From Cyanophora paradoxa CCMP329 (lineage: Eukaryota > Plantae > Glaucophyta), in the NCBI GenBank assembly GCA_004431415.1, contig QPMI01000500.1, forward strand, positions 1-64,000: 64,000 nt of DNA, given 5' to 3'. The position numbers and the translations under genes were made by a program. Positions 12,224-23,200 of this stretch are shown piece by piece. Positions within the stretch are counted from its first letter, which is position 1. Every line of letters begins with the position of its first letter. The notes below the pieces were generated by a model, which searched no databases, was not told where the DNA came from, and saw only the letters and a program-made list of their open reading frames with translations.

Positions 12224-13591
12224 ATGGATATCACTTCCACTCTTCAAAGACTTTCGCTGAAAGAAGCCCTAACAACCCCAGAGGAGGCGAAAGCCTTTTT
12301 CCTGGATAACTCCCTTATGCTTGGTCTCGAATCCAAGTCTAAGCCAGTTCTAGTTGTTGTGAATCCCAGCAATACTTTTGAGAATAATGTAGGAAATCGC
12401 ATTTCCTTCAAGCTACCTCGCTACAATTTCTGTGGAAAACTCGAACTTGCTTTCGACCTACCAGAAATCACTTTTGCTGGTGAAGATCTAGTTCGCAATG
12501 GATACACTCGCCCAGTTGGTGCTTTAGTTCAGCGACTTGAAATTACCTATGGATCTTACACCTACCACATCCCTTCTGATTTCCTTGCTCATTTCCCCCT
12601 GGTCTATTATTCGGAGGATCAACTAGCTAAAAAGAAACGCTCAATGGGCATGGTTCATGGTATCCCTGCTCATGGAACCAACCGACTTGGTGGCTCATTT
12701 TTCGTTGAGATCCCAGTGCCTTGGCTAAATCACTATCTTCCCCTTGGTGCTTTATCTGGTGAAATGGTTGTTACTGTTTGGTTTAAGGATGCTGGAAAGG
12801 GTTATGTTGAAACTTCCTATGGTGGTCGCTCTCTCCCTGTTGTTGGTGGGACAGCTGCTGATAAGACAGAAGATGATGGTCTTGGTGATACTGCTAATGC
12901 TACACTTGCCCATGTTGGTCAAAACATCACCACTTTCAGTCTTGGTGCAACAACCCCTGCTATTTCAATTACTTCTCCTCGCCTTTAAATGCATGCTATT
13001 AATGTTTCTGATGAGCTTTTCGCTACTGTAATTGAAAAAGTAAAGACAACTGGCATGGCTATTCCCTCCCTTGATATTGGATTTGTAGATGCCATTGCTT
13101 TTGCTGCCAAGGGCAATGCCCAGCCCAATCGAATTAACCTCTCTCAAATCTCAGGTCTTGTCTATGCTCTGCTTGTTTCAGTTCGTGATTATGAGACTGT
13201 TGACAAATCCAATGGCTCCCACAGTGTTCTTAAGACCTATGCCAACTCCAAAGAGATAACATTCACTGTGGAAATAAATGGTCAGCGTCTCTATGCCACT
13301 GAGCCAATTTCCCTACTCAAAGGTGCTGAGCTTATTGCTGATGCCTTCAAATGCTCTAACATGGACAAGGTTGCAGATAAATATGTCCTTTCAGGTTTAA
13401 GTTTCTGCATTGATGGAGAGAAGGCGATTCGAAATATTGCTCAAAGTGGATTTGTTGACCTGACAAATTCCTCATCTTCATTCCTCACACTCTACATGCC
13501 CACAGATAAGACAATCAATGTTCAAGTTCGCGCTCTCATGCATAGTTTCCTCATTATAGACGGTTCAGGTGTTCGTAGAATCAATTTATAG
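12224..13591 (+). CDS. Major capsid protein (double jelly-roll), with in-frame TAA at 12986-12988
   Basis: Lies between penton and ATPase, ~455 aa. Motifs ISFKLPR and YLPLGAL. Homologous to 29894-31123. A2 has TAC at the stop position. Confidence 0.8.
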
Positions 13592-13650
13592 ACCATTTTC
13601 AGTCTCCCTGCATTATTTTTATCTGTCTTTATTTAGGAAGATCTACAACA

Positions 13651-14433
13651 ATGCAAGATTTAGAAGAGTTTAATGTCTCTGAAATGATTAAAGGTGTTTT
13701 CAGAGCCATTTTTATAGGCAAAAGTTGTACGGGAAAAAGCGAATGTGTAAAGTATTGGTTAAAGCAATTACATGATGCCAAAGTTATTGATGTTGTCCTA
13801 GTTGTGAGTGGGACCAGCTTCAATCATTTCTGGAGAGAGGTTGCAACAGTAGAACTTGGTAAATGGGATGCCGGTTACATTTCAAAGCTTTTGGATGAAA
13901 GGCAGGAGAAAATCGAAAAGGGTGAACCTGTCAACCACATGTGTGTTGTTTTAGATGATTTAATTGATAATGAGATAATTGATTTAACCAGAGACAAGGT
14001 GGTGTCATCTCTGTACAGTAGGGGCAGACACTCGAAAATATCCATTATCTGCATCACACAAAAGCTAAGAAAAGTCTCTTCGACTATTCGAGTTAATTCT
14101 GATTATGCTGTTTTCCTGAGTGCTGCTAATCGCAAAGAACTTGAAGCCATAGAGGAAGAATACAATATAATGCGAAACAAGGAGGACTTTTACAAAATGT
14201 TTGAAGAGTATGTCCACTCCTATCAGTATATCGTTTGGTCCTCTGCTGGCTACTCTGTTAAATACTTTGTAGATAAAGCTGAGCTTGTCAAAGACTTCCC
14301 ATTTCCTCGCTTCCACAGAAAGCCCAAAAAGAAAGAAGATGAACTGAAACCACCAGAAAAAGAGGAAGCCCCAAAAGAAGTGAAAAGCCAAGTCCATAGC
14401 AATAAATTGATGCGATATAAACGCGGTTTATAA
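13651..14433 (+). CDS. A32/FtsK-like DNA packaging ATPase
   Basis: Walker A GKSCTGKS, Walker B VVLDD, RGRHSKISIICITQ. Confidence 0.92.
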   Translation: MQDLEEFNVSEMIKGVFRAIFIGKSCTGKSECVKYWLKQLHDAKVIDVVLVVSGTSFNHFWREVATVELGKWDAGYISKLLDERQEKIEKGEPVNHMCVVLDDLIDNEIIDLTRDKVVSSLYSRGRHSKISIICITQKLRKVSSTIRVNSDYAVFLSAANRKELEAIEEEYNIMRNKEDFYKMFEEYVHSYQYIVWSSAGYSVKYFVDKAELVKDFPFPRFHRKPKKKEDELKPPEKEEAPKEVKSQVHSNKLMRYKRGL

Positions 14434-14461
14434 AATTATCTCTCATTCTAATAAAGATACA

Positions 14462-15196
14462 ATGCCTCCCAAACGAAAAATAGGGATCCCAGCTGGGGCT
14501 GTTGGCTATTCAGGTGGTGGAAACAATGGATCTATTAACACTGAACCAATGAAATTCAATGGTATGAACGAAATCAAACCCTCACAACCCCAAGAAGACC
14601 CCCTAAATGCTGCCTATGAGGAATCAGTCGATGACAAAGCCCCACAAAGTTCAACTGCTGACCAACTCAACATTTCACCAGAAGCCTCAAAAATGAAAGC
14701 TGTTGCTGAGGGTGCCAGGCGAATTATTGGTGCTGCTGATGATAAAGGTTTAGGCTTGCAAGATCTGTCATTGGCTCGCAAAGGTGAAGGTCTAAGTAAA
14801 GAATCAGACAAGGTTATTCAGTCTATGGCTGGTGAAGTCACATACAAGACTGCTCCCACTCAAAATATTCATCGAATTCCCAAGGCTCAATGGGATGAGA
14901 TGACTGCTAAACTCAAAGATCTGGAAGCCAAATCCAGTGCTTTGGAGCAGTATGTTACTGAGAAGAAAGAGAGAGCCAAGCTAAAGGAGATGCTTCGAAA
15001 GGAAGTTTATAAAATGGGAATCACTGGTGTCCCAGATAAACAGTTTATTGCTAAGAAAGAGAACCAAATCGATGAGCAGGCAGTAGATGAAATGAAAACA
15101 AAGACCCAAAAGGGAACCATTGAACCTGGTGCCACCAAAGCTGAAGTAGAAAAGGGAGTAGCCCCAGCAGTATATAAAAGACGAGTTTGGCTTTAA
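14462..15196 (+). CDS. Hypothetical protein (possible core protein)
   Basis: 244-aa ORF conserved in A2. N-terminal PPKRK is NLS-like. Confidence 0.7.
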   Translation: MPPKRKIGIPAGAVGYSGGGNNGSINTEPMKFNGMNEIKPSQPQEDPLNAAYEESVDDKAPQSSTADQLNISPEASKMKAVAEGARRIIGAADDKGLGLQDLSLARKGEGLSKESDKVIQSMAGEVTYKTAPTQNIHRIPKAQWDEMTAKLKDLEAKSSALEQYVTEKKERAKLKEMLRKEVYKMGITGVPDKQFIAKKENQIDEQAVDEMKTKTQKGTIEPGATKAEVEKGVAPAVYKRRVWL

Positions 15197-15218
15197 TTAT
15201 CTCTGTTTTATTAGAGAT

Positions 15219-15491
15219 ATGGACATAATACGAAAGTTCTTCGAGATGTTCAGTCTGCATGTGGTGAGCAATTGCCACAGTGGATGTTGTGACACAACAG
15301 TGGAGTTTGAGATGTCAGATAATGAGGATAATGCCTCAGAAGCAAGAGAGAGAAGGAGGTCTACAGTTTCTGTGGAGTCAATGCCAGCAGACCCCACAGA
15401 GTATACATATGAGCAACAGGAGTATCCAAGGAGAAGTTCTCTGCCAGCAGAAAACGTTTTCTCTGGGAATATAAATGGAGGACACTATTAG
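15219..15491 (+). CDS. Small hypothetical protein
   Basis: ORF conserved in A2 at ~49320. Confidence 0.45.
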   Translation: MDIIRKFFEMFSLHVVSNCHSGCCDTTVEFEMSDNEDNASEARERRRSTVSVESMPADPTEYTYEQQEYPRRSSLPAENVFSGNINGGHY

Positions 15492-15720
15492 TTTAATCGA
15501 GTTTACCAGTGATGAACCTGTTACTGAGGGTTCTATAAGACACATTCTAGCAATGCAGAAACGATATAGAGACGACCCAGCATATAGAGAGTATAAGAAG
15601 CAACAAGCCCTGGCATCCTATTATCGCAGAAAAGCCCAAAAAGAGGAGCAGAGACCCAGAGGAAGACCGATTAAATATTATTTGCCAACTGAAAGTAGCA
15701 ATGGACCCCCAGGTCTATAA
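15475..15720 (+). CDS. Small basic protein with AT-hook-like RGRP motif
   Basis: YREYKKQQALASYYRRK...RPRGRPIKY. Paralogous to 15873-16199. Confidence 0.55.
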   Translation: MEDTISLIEFTSDEPVTEGSIRHILAMQKRYRDDPAYREYKKQQALASYYRRKAQKEEQRPRGRPIKYYLPTESSNGPPGL

Positions 15721-15872
15721 GATAATCGAGAAAAAGCGGTCTCAGTATGCAACTGAGGCAGCTATAAAAGTTTACAGACAGGAACTGGTGTTCGCAACAA
15801 AAAATGACTTAAGGAAAAAGTACATAGGTTGTATTGAGGAAAAATTATTTTCGTATCTACTATTAAAGAGAA

Positions 15873-16199
15873 ATGCCGAATATCCGCAAGATACTCACAG
15901 ATGATGAAAAAGCAGAAAAGCTGAGACTGAAAAGGGAGCAAGATGCCCAAAGAAAACGCGAAGCCTATCATAAAAAGAAGGAGGAACGATTATCCCAAGG
16001 AGCCGCTACAGTTCACACACCAGAAGAACTCAAAAAGATTGCCCTCAGACACCAGAGGAAATACAGGGAAAATGAAGAATATCGCGAACAGAAAAAGGCA
16101 AAAGCGCTGGAATATTACCACAAGAAGAAAGATGAACAACCCAAGACACCCAAAGAGCATAAACCGGTTGGAAGACCTCGGAAATATATCGAAGAATAA
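15873..16199 (+). CDS. Small basic protein with AT-hook-like GRPRK motif
   Basis: YREQKKAKALEYYHKKK...VGRPRKY. Confidence 0.65.
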   Translation: MPNIRKILTDDEKAEKLRLKREQDAQRKREAYHKKKEERLSQGAATVHTPEELKKIALRHQRKYRENEEYREQKKAKALEYYHKKKDEQPKTPKEHKPVGRPRKYIEE

Positions 16200-16417
16200 A
16201 TTCTCGATCAAAACAAATCTTGTAGAAATTGATTTGATCGGAGGCAAAAAAATGACAGCTTTCTTCCCTCTTTTTTAAAACTGTACCTATATATCGAGAC
16301 AGTATCCCGACCCAAAACTACTTAAGGACTTGGCAAATAATAGGATATATATAAAAGACAATTCCTCCTTCCGAAATTATTTTCTTCGTTAAAGGTAGAA
16401 GTCCCCCAAAATCGAAA

Positions 16418-19012
16418 ATGAACAAAATCGAGAAATTCGCCACCCCTGTTGAAAATGCCACATTCCTTAGTACTCTCATTGGTGATCGCAACAAGGTCAC
16501 CCATGTATTTGATTCTGCCGAAGATGCCCTTGAAGCCATTGATAATAGCAAGGTTAAGACCTGGGCTGAATGCATTCAGCCTGAACAAGTCACCAGAGTT
16601 TACCTGGACCTGGATAAATTCGCTGATTTGAAGGAGAACATTGCTGAAAACTATGCTGAGGCGGAAGCTGTTGTAAGAGAGATGAGAGATAAGCTATGGA
16701 AGCGATCTGGGACCACTTCGATTAACGATATTGCTGTTGCAGTTCGCCATAGAAGGGTTTATTTAATCAAGGAGGATGTCACCAAGTTCAAGATCTCAGC
16801 CCACTTTATCATTAAATCGCTTGCATGCAAACATGAAGATATCCCCAAGCTTTTCAAAGCAATGGGTTTGGTGAAAAATGAGGATTATGACAGTGGAGTT
16901 TACAGCTCCACACAGAACCTTATCTGCCTCAATTGCTGCAAAGGTGAGACTCTGGATGCTCAAAATAAATCGAAAAAAGATGTTGATAAAAACGTTTGCT
17001 TTAAGAAATTCGTTGACTGTGACAAAGTGTTAATGCGAAATGAGGACTTCTTTGTATCTTACTTCTCAGCTACTACTAAACTTGTGGATGAATCGAATAT
17101 TTCTGCATTCGCAAATTATAGCCCTGAGCCAAAACCAGTTAAAAAGGAGCCGAAAAGTGATAAAGTGAAGACTGAGAAGGTAGAAGCTGAAAAAGACACT
17201 GAACCCGAAAATCCTGTTACTTTCGAGCTGCTACAAAGTGTTATAATGGGTCTGAATGGTGAGAGAGCTAATGAGTATAAAACTTGGATTGATGTAGGAC
17301 TGGTCATCATCAATGTTGGGGAAGACAACAAGTTCACCCCTAAAATGCAAGCTGAACTCTTCCACCAATTCTCAGAACAGAGTGACAAGTATGATTATGA
17401 TGAATGCCAGGAGAAGTTTACACAACTTCGCAGAAGCAAGAAGAAGGCTGAGCCTGGCAAAGTGTTGACCTTCAAATCCTTGGTTTATTGGTTGAGCAAA
17501 GATAACAATGAGCTTTTCAAGGAACTCTTCCCCAAAAAGTATGCATTCCTACCAGAGGACACAGATGAAATCGATTACAAGACTGCAAGTATCCCTCCTT
17601 TGGCTGAACATTACAATGTGCATAAGAGGTATTTCAATGCTCGAATGCATCATGTTGAAAATGTTGGTTGTGTGATGCTCTGGGATGAACAACTACTTTG
17701 CTGGATGCCCAAAGATATTGGGAAGCTCTCTACAAAGCATTTCCCCCACTTGATGCATAAGGTGATTGTGAATGAGGGGACAGATAATGAGAAAGAGAAA
17801 TGGGAGCAATCATTTAGGAAATGGATTGTGGATCCAACAGCCACAAGATCAACTTACATGGATTTCCTCCCACCTCCTGCTACTCTCAGTGCCAAATGCA
17901 AGTCTGTATTTAATCTCTATCCAGGAATGAAGGTTGACCATCAGCAATTCGAAAATGCTCCAGAGGATGTAACTGCTGAGATGATTAAGCCTTTCCTAGA
18001 TCACTTGTTCTTAATGTCTGGTGAGGATCAAAATACTTACGAATATCTATTGAAATGGTTTGCCCACATGCTGCAAAAGCCTGGGGAACTCAATGGAGTA
18101 TCCATAATCTTCATTGGTGAACAGGGTACTGGTAAGAATGTGTTGGTTGATACTTTTCAAAAGAAGATACTTGGAGATGCCCTGAGTTATGCAACTGGTA
18201 AGCCAAAAGAGGATCTGTTTGGTCGATTTGCCCACAATAGAGAGGATAAGATCTTGATTGTTGTCAATGAAGCCTCAGGCAAGGACACATTCGAAAATAA
18301 TGATATGCTTAAGGATCTCATAACTTCTGATAAGATTGTAATTGAACACAAAGGGATAGATTCATACACAAAAAGCAACTTTGCCAGGATTATATTCACC
18401 AGCAATAATAACATTCCAGTTAAAATTGAAGCTGGAGATAGGCGATTTGTGGTTGTTGAAGTTAGTAAGAAATTCGCAAAGGATAGGTCATACTTCCTTC
18501 CACTTGTCAAATGGCTAAATGATCACTGCAATATTCGAAACATTGCCCACTATTTGAGAACCAAAGTTGACTGTGAGGATGTGAACTGGATTGCTGATAG
18601 ACCCCTCACAAATAAATACTATTTAGCCCAACAGGTATGCGCCCCAATCATTCTTATGTTCACTAAGTGGCTTGTGGATCGAGGCTTAATTTCCGAGAAT
18701 AAATGCAAGTCTGGTAGCCTTGTGGAAACCTGGAAGTGGTTCCAGGAGTTCATTACCAGCAACAAATATAAAAACGATTATAATAGTCGCAGATATTATA
18801 CTGAAATGAGAAGTGTTACATATATTCAAGTGAAAACTACAAATGGCAAACAATACTATCATTTCCTATTCCCACAAGTATTTGAGGAATTCAGAAAGAT
18901 GAAACTTGTAGATGATGAGACTATTGAGGAGGAAGCTAATCCAAGGATGAAGCAAGACCTACCTGCTGCTGATCCTGATGCATCAGATTATGATTCTGAT
19001 GTTGAAGTTTAG
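16418..19012 (+). CDS. Primase-SF3 helicase (AEP-like primase, PriCT-2, DUF5906/NrS-1-type helicase)
   Basis: VYLDLD and SAHF primase motifs. YKTWIDVG...FSEQSDKYD PriCT-2. GEQGTGKN Walker A, VVNEA, IIFTSN, DRRF. Confidence 0.88.
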   Translation: MNKIEKFATPVENATFLSTLIGDRNKVTHVFDSAEDALEAIDNSKVKTWAECIQPEQVTRVYLDLDKFADLKENIAENYAEAEAVVREMRDKLWKRSGTTSINDIAVAVRHRRVYLIKEDVTKFKISAHFIIKSLACKHEDIPKLFKAMGLVKNEDYDSGVYSSTQNLICLNCCKGETLDAQNKSKKDVDKNVCFKKFVDCDKVLMRNEDFFVSYFSATTKLVDESNISAFANYSPEPKPVKKEPKSDKVKTEKVEAEKDTEPENPVTFELLQSVIMGLNGERANEYKTWIDVGLVIINVGEDNKFTPKMQAELFHQFSEQSDKYDYDECQEKFTQLRRSKKKAEPGKVLTFKSLVYWLSKDNNELFKELFPKKYAFLPEDTDEIDYKTASIPPLAEHYNVHKRYFNARMHHVENVGCVMLWDEQLLCWMPKDIGKLSTKHFPHLMHKVIVNEGTDNEKEKWEQSFRKWIVDPTATRSTYMDFLPPPATLSAKCKSVFNLYPGMKVDHQQFENAPEDVTAEMIKPFLDHLFLMSGEDQNTYEYLLKWFAHMLQKPGELNGVSIIFIGEQGTGKNVLVDTFQKKILGDALSYATGKPKEDLFGRFAHNREDKILIVVNEASGKDTFENNDMLKDLITSDKIVIEHKGIDSYTKSNFARIIFTSNNNIPVKIEAGDRRFVVVEVSKKFAKDRSYFLPLVKWLNDHCNIRNIAHYLRTKVDCEDVNWIADRPLTNKYYLAQQVCAPIILMFTKWLVDRGLISENKCKSGSLVETWKWFQEFITSNKYKNDYNSRRYYTEMRSVTYIQVKTTNGKQYYHFLFPQVFEEFRKMKLVDDETIEEEANPRMKQDLPAADPDASDYDSDVEV

Positions 19013-19020
19013 GTTTATTC

Positions 19021-19203
19021 AAAAGTGGACTCATAGTTGACTCAAATTTATCATAAAAGACCCAAACAGTCTTTTATTTATGGTTTATTTATCGATTAGG
19101 TTGACTAAGTGGGGAGAGTTGACTCATTTTTTCACAGATTCTTAAAGAGGACTCTGCCCTAAAAAGAAATAAAAAGTGCCTCAACTCCACCCACTAAGTC
19201 AAC
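19021..19203. promoter_or_regulatory. Putative replication origin, GTTGAC inverted-iteron module
   Basis: GTTGACTAAGTGGGGAGAGTTGAC...TCAACTCCACCCACTAAGTCAAC flanking an A/T-rich spacer, 9 bp after the helicase stop. The same motif set is in the TIRs. Origin function is inferred. Confidence 0.55.
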
Positions 19204-19679
19204 TTAACACTTAGATCACTTCTACATACTGGACATTTGAATTGATCTTTTGATGGCAGCTTTGCTGTGCAGTCACCACATACTTGACTATTACACTTGA
19301 AACAACTCCATGTCCCAGGGGGTTCATCAGTTTCCAAACAAACAACACATGTTTTATCCTCTTCCCTCTCAAAAGATATGATGACATCATGTAAGAACGA
19401 TTTCAGTATACTCTCGGAAATCGATTGAGGAACTAAGTAACCACTGTCTTTAAAGAGAATAAAGCAAAGTTGCTTTCTCTCAGAAGAATATCCATTCACC
19501 ACATTCAAGTTATGAAACATTTTGACATGCTTTTCAGTATAAGAAATCACATAAATTTTGTTTTCATTCAATGAGCGATCTAAGAGATCTCTGGTTGCAT
19601 CAGTAAACATACTTGTGGCATCCTCAACAGGTATTGAGGTCAAAGATTTCAGAGTTTCTATGATATCTTGGGAGTTCAT
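19194..19679 (-). CDS. RING-finger protein (putative E3 ligase)
   Basis: C-terminal CVVC...CFKC...CGDC...CPVCR. Confidence 0.75.
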   Translation of the reverse strand: MNSQDIIETLKSLTSIPVEDATSMFTDATRDLLDRSLNENKIYVISYTEKHVKMFHNLNVVNGYSSERKQLCFILFKDSGYLVPQSISESILKSFLHDVIISFEREEDKTCVVCLETDEPPGTWSCFKCNSQVCGDCTAKLPSKDQFKCPVCRSDLSVKLT

Positions 19680-19806
19680 CGATCCTTTCTACTAGTAGAA
19701 AAGAAAATAATTTTTCCTATATATCCTTTTTTCAAATTCGCTTTAAGCCATTTCTAAAAAATGATTTAAGAGATAGAAAAATATATTTATATGTTAGAAG
19801 TAAGAC

Positions 19807-20157
19807 ATGGCTGGAACAGATCATGATTCTGGATCGATCTATATGATTGAGAGTCAGGAAATGAACAAAATCTACATAGGGAGAACCTCACAAAAAGTAC
19901 AAATCCGATGGAAACAACACAAATCAGGTCAAATGCCATCCACAGCAGACCTATGCAAGGCTGCTGATGTGAAGTTTTCAGTCTTGTATTCAAGTAAGAA
20001 GGGTGGGCATGAAGACCTTATGAACAGAGAAGCATACTACATGTATCTGTTTGAACCTTGGATAGTCAATTTACAAAAACCGAAATCGAGATTTAGGATA
20101 AATAGGTTTTTGCGATTCCATTCAGAGGAAGCCAATGGATCCATTAAAACATTTTAA
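19807..20157 (+). CDS. GIY-YIG endonuclease
   Basis: SIYMI...IYIGRT...RWKQH...NRE...N. Confidence 0.8.
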   Translation: MAGTDHDSGSIYMIESQEMNKIYIGRTSQKVQIRWKQHKSGQMPSTADLCKAADVKFSVLYSSKKGGHEDLMNREAYYMYLFEPWIVNLQKPKSRFRINRFLRFHSEEANGSIKTF

Positions 20158-20218
20158 AAATGCGTTTAGAACATCCTAAAATAAAATATCCCCTTAGAAT
20201 AGGAACAAGTTAGGGATA

Positions 20219-23200
20219 ATGCCCCGAATTACCAACAAACTCATAAGGGAGAAGAAATGGGAACTCATGGGATTGCTGGGAACACTTTATGCAGCCCATG
20301 AAATAACAGAGGCTGAATATGACCGGGAAATAGATTTAATTGCAAAGGGTAGACCCACTTTAGCCAGATTAACCAGAAAAGCAAATAACCTATATGATAA
20401 AATTGAAACCTTGGATGAACTGGATAGGCTTAGGCAAATAGAACCAGAGGCAGAAGATGGAACAGCCATGAATGAATTATATCGCTGGCTCACTTACAGA
20501 GCCAGAAGGGAAGTTGTTGTAGATGTGATTGAATTCCTGGACAGAATTGCTACATCCCTTCCAGATCGATTAAAGCAGGGTTTAGATCAATTCAGGGCAA
20601 TCAAGGTTCGCTTGTCTTTTATCTGCAAGTTCGTAAAAGTAAGCAATCCGCAGGTTTGGATATCGAAATACATTTACAGCGATTATTTTGTACTAACCAG
20701 ATCGAGAAATATTCGAACTGAGCTGAATAAAGCAGCCCAAATATGTCAGGAGCAGATGAATGTGGTTGATAGCTATCGCTTAGAAAGAATTGAAATACTC
20801 AGAGTGGCTATTATGAGTTATGCTCCAACAGGTGGATGCTTTCTACAAACCCCAGAGTGGATTGCTAGGAAGAGAGCCACAGTAAATATTCGAAATATTG
20901 ATGATTCCTGCTTCGAAAATGCAATTTTGGCATATATTCACAGAAAAGCGATAAACTCCCATAAGAGGAATGAGCTTTCACAGTATCGCAAATGGAAATA
21001 CTCAGCAATCGCTTATAATCCGCTGGCTCTCAATTTCGACAATATCCCATTCCCTGTTGCCTGTGATGCTGAAATAATTGATAAATTCGAATCTCAAAAT
21101 GCAGGCATCAGCATAAACATATTTGGAATGGATCGAGATGTTATATATCCCCTACATCAATCCAGCAACCCAGGCAGAAAGCAAAAGATTAATCTCATGC
21201 TCATTCATGATGATGAAGGGAATGGTCATTATATTACAATCATGTCCCTTTCAAGATTATTGAAAGTAAACCATGAAACATACAATGATCAGAAGTTACA
21301 CTACTGTGACACATGCTTATCTCGATTCAGGTCTGAGGCTAAACTCACTGCTCATGTGGACTCAAATAGATGCATTGATTGGAGACTCTCAAAGGGAATC
21401 ACACCAAAACCTGAGACCACCATAGAGTTTGGACTGAAAAACCTCAGGAAAACTGTTTGGCTTCCTGTTGTGGTTTACTGCAAGATTGAACATAGAAGCA
21501 TCCCCATTGATGCATCAAAATCTAAGAGGGAAGTCTCAGCAGTCAACCTGAGAGTAGTCACTGGGGCAGATGTTCAGGAGTTTCGATTTGAGGGTCAGGA
21601 TCCAATGGGAGGTCTCTTTGAATGCTTGGAGTCCAAAGCAAGAGAACTAATCGATTTCCTGTTTACCAACATTCCTATGAATGAACTCACAGATGAGCAG
21701 AAAGCAATTTACAGAGCTACCAAACACTGTTACCTTTGCAGTGAGAGGTTCACTAAGGAGAACTTCAAATGCAGGGATCATGATCACCACACAGGTCATT
21801 ATATTGCTCCTGCATGCAGAAACTGCAATCTCCATAGGAGAATCTCAAAGCAAACCAAAGTTGCAGTAGTTGTTGACCAAATGGATGACTGTGGGACATT
21901 CATTTTCAGAAAAATAGCAGGCATGGGTGATAAAAATCGAATCGAAATCCTTTCGAAAAACTTTGATCAATACCTTTCATTGCAATGGGGTCTTTACAAG
22001 TTCATTGATGCAAGCAATTTCATGGATTTTGGAGCTGCTGATGTAGATGAGTTAATGAACAAATTCCAAGCCTTCAGAAGGCTTTCACACTCAGTATATG
22101 GACTTGACCCAGTTCATTATGTATCTGCACCTGGGTTATCTTGGGATGCTATGCTTAGGACCACCGAGGCAAAAATAGAGCTTATAAGTGATGTAGAGCA
22201 ATACGAATTTGTTGAGAGGGGAATCAGGGGTGGCTTTGCAACAATGCCTTGTAGGTATGCTGAGGCTGATGGTGAGAACTCCCACATTATGCTGTTTGAT
22301 GCTAACAACTTGTATGGCTACTGTTTGAGTCAGCCAATTCCAGTTGGTGATTTTAGATGGGAGACCGAATTCAACCCACAAGATAACAGATCCAGTTTCC
22401 TGGAAGTTGATCTGGAATACCCAATAAGGCTATATCTAGACCACAGTGATTTCCCCCTAATTATTAACAAGAAAATAGTAGAATATGCGGAATTATCACA
22501 ATATCAAAAGAGCCTGTTGGATCTTTCAGGAGAAGAGCTTGATAAGACCCCTAAGCTAACTGCAACCTTTGGTTCTGTGGCAAACTATGTGATTTCTGAG
22601 CCTCTTCTGCAATATCTGTTGGACAAAGGTGTGAAATTAAAGAAAATTCACAGGGTCCTCTCATTTACTGTGGCTCCTGTAATGAAACCCTACATTGAGC
22701 TGAACACTGATATGAGAAGGAAAGCAGTGAATAAATTCGAGGCTGATTTCTATAAACTCATGAATAACTCAATCTATGGGAAATGCATTGAATCATGTAG
22801 AGGTAGATCTGTGGTTAAGATTGCAAACAGTGAGAAACTGTTTATGAAATATGCAGCTTCCCCATTGGTGAAATCAACAAGTCCCATAAACGAAAAAGCA
22901 GTTGCCTTTGAGTTTTACACAAAGCATGTGAAACTAGATAAGCCTGTTGCAATTGGGGCTTATGTTTTGGATGCAGCCAAACTGCATAATTACCAGTTCT
23001 TCTATGATACTGTAAGGTCCCAATGGACAAAAGCAAAGTTACTATTCCATGATACTGACTCCTTCTGTCTATATATTGAATCTAAGACCTTACAAAAAGA
23101 TATAGAGAATATATCTTATGCCTTGGACCTAGGGGGATCTAACAGAATGACCCCAGGTAAATACAAAAATGAAATGCCTGGCTCTGCAATATTGGAGTAT

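Noticed and set aside
12986-12988. Stop-codon read-through or split MCP
   Set aside because: A2 has TAC (Tyr) at the same position, so it is a single substitution or base-call error.
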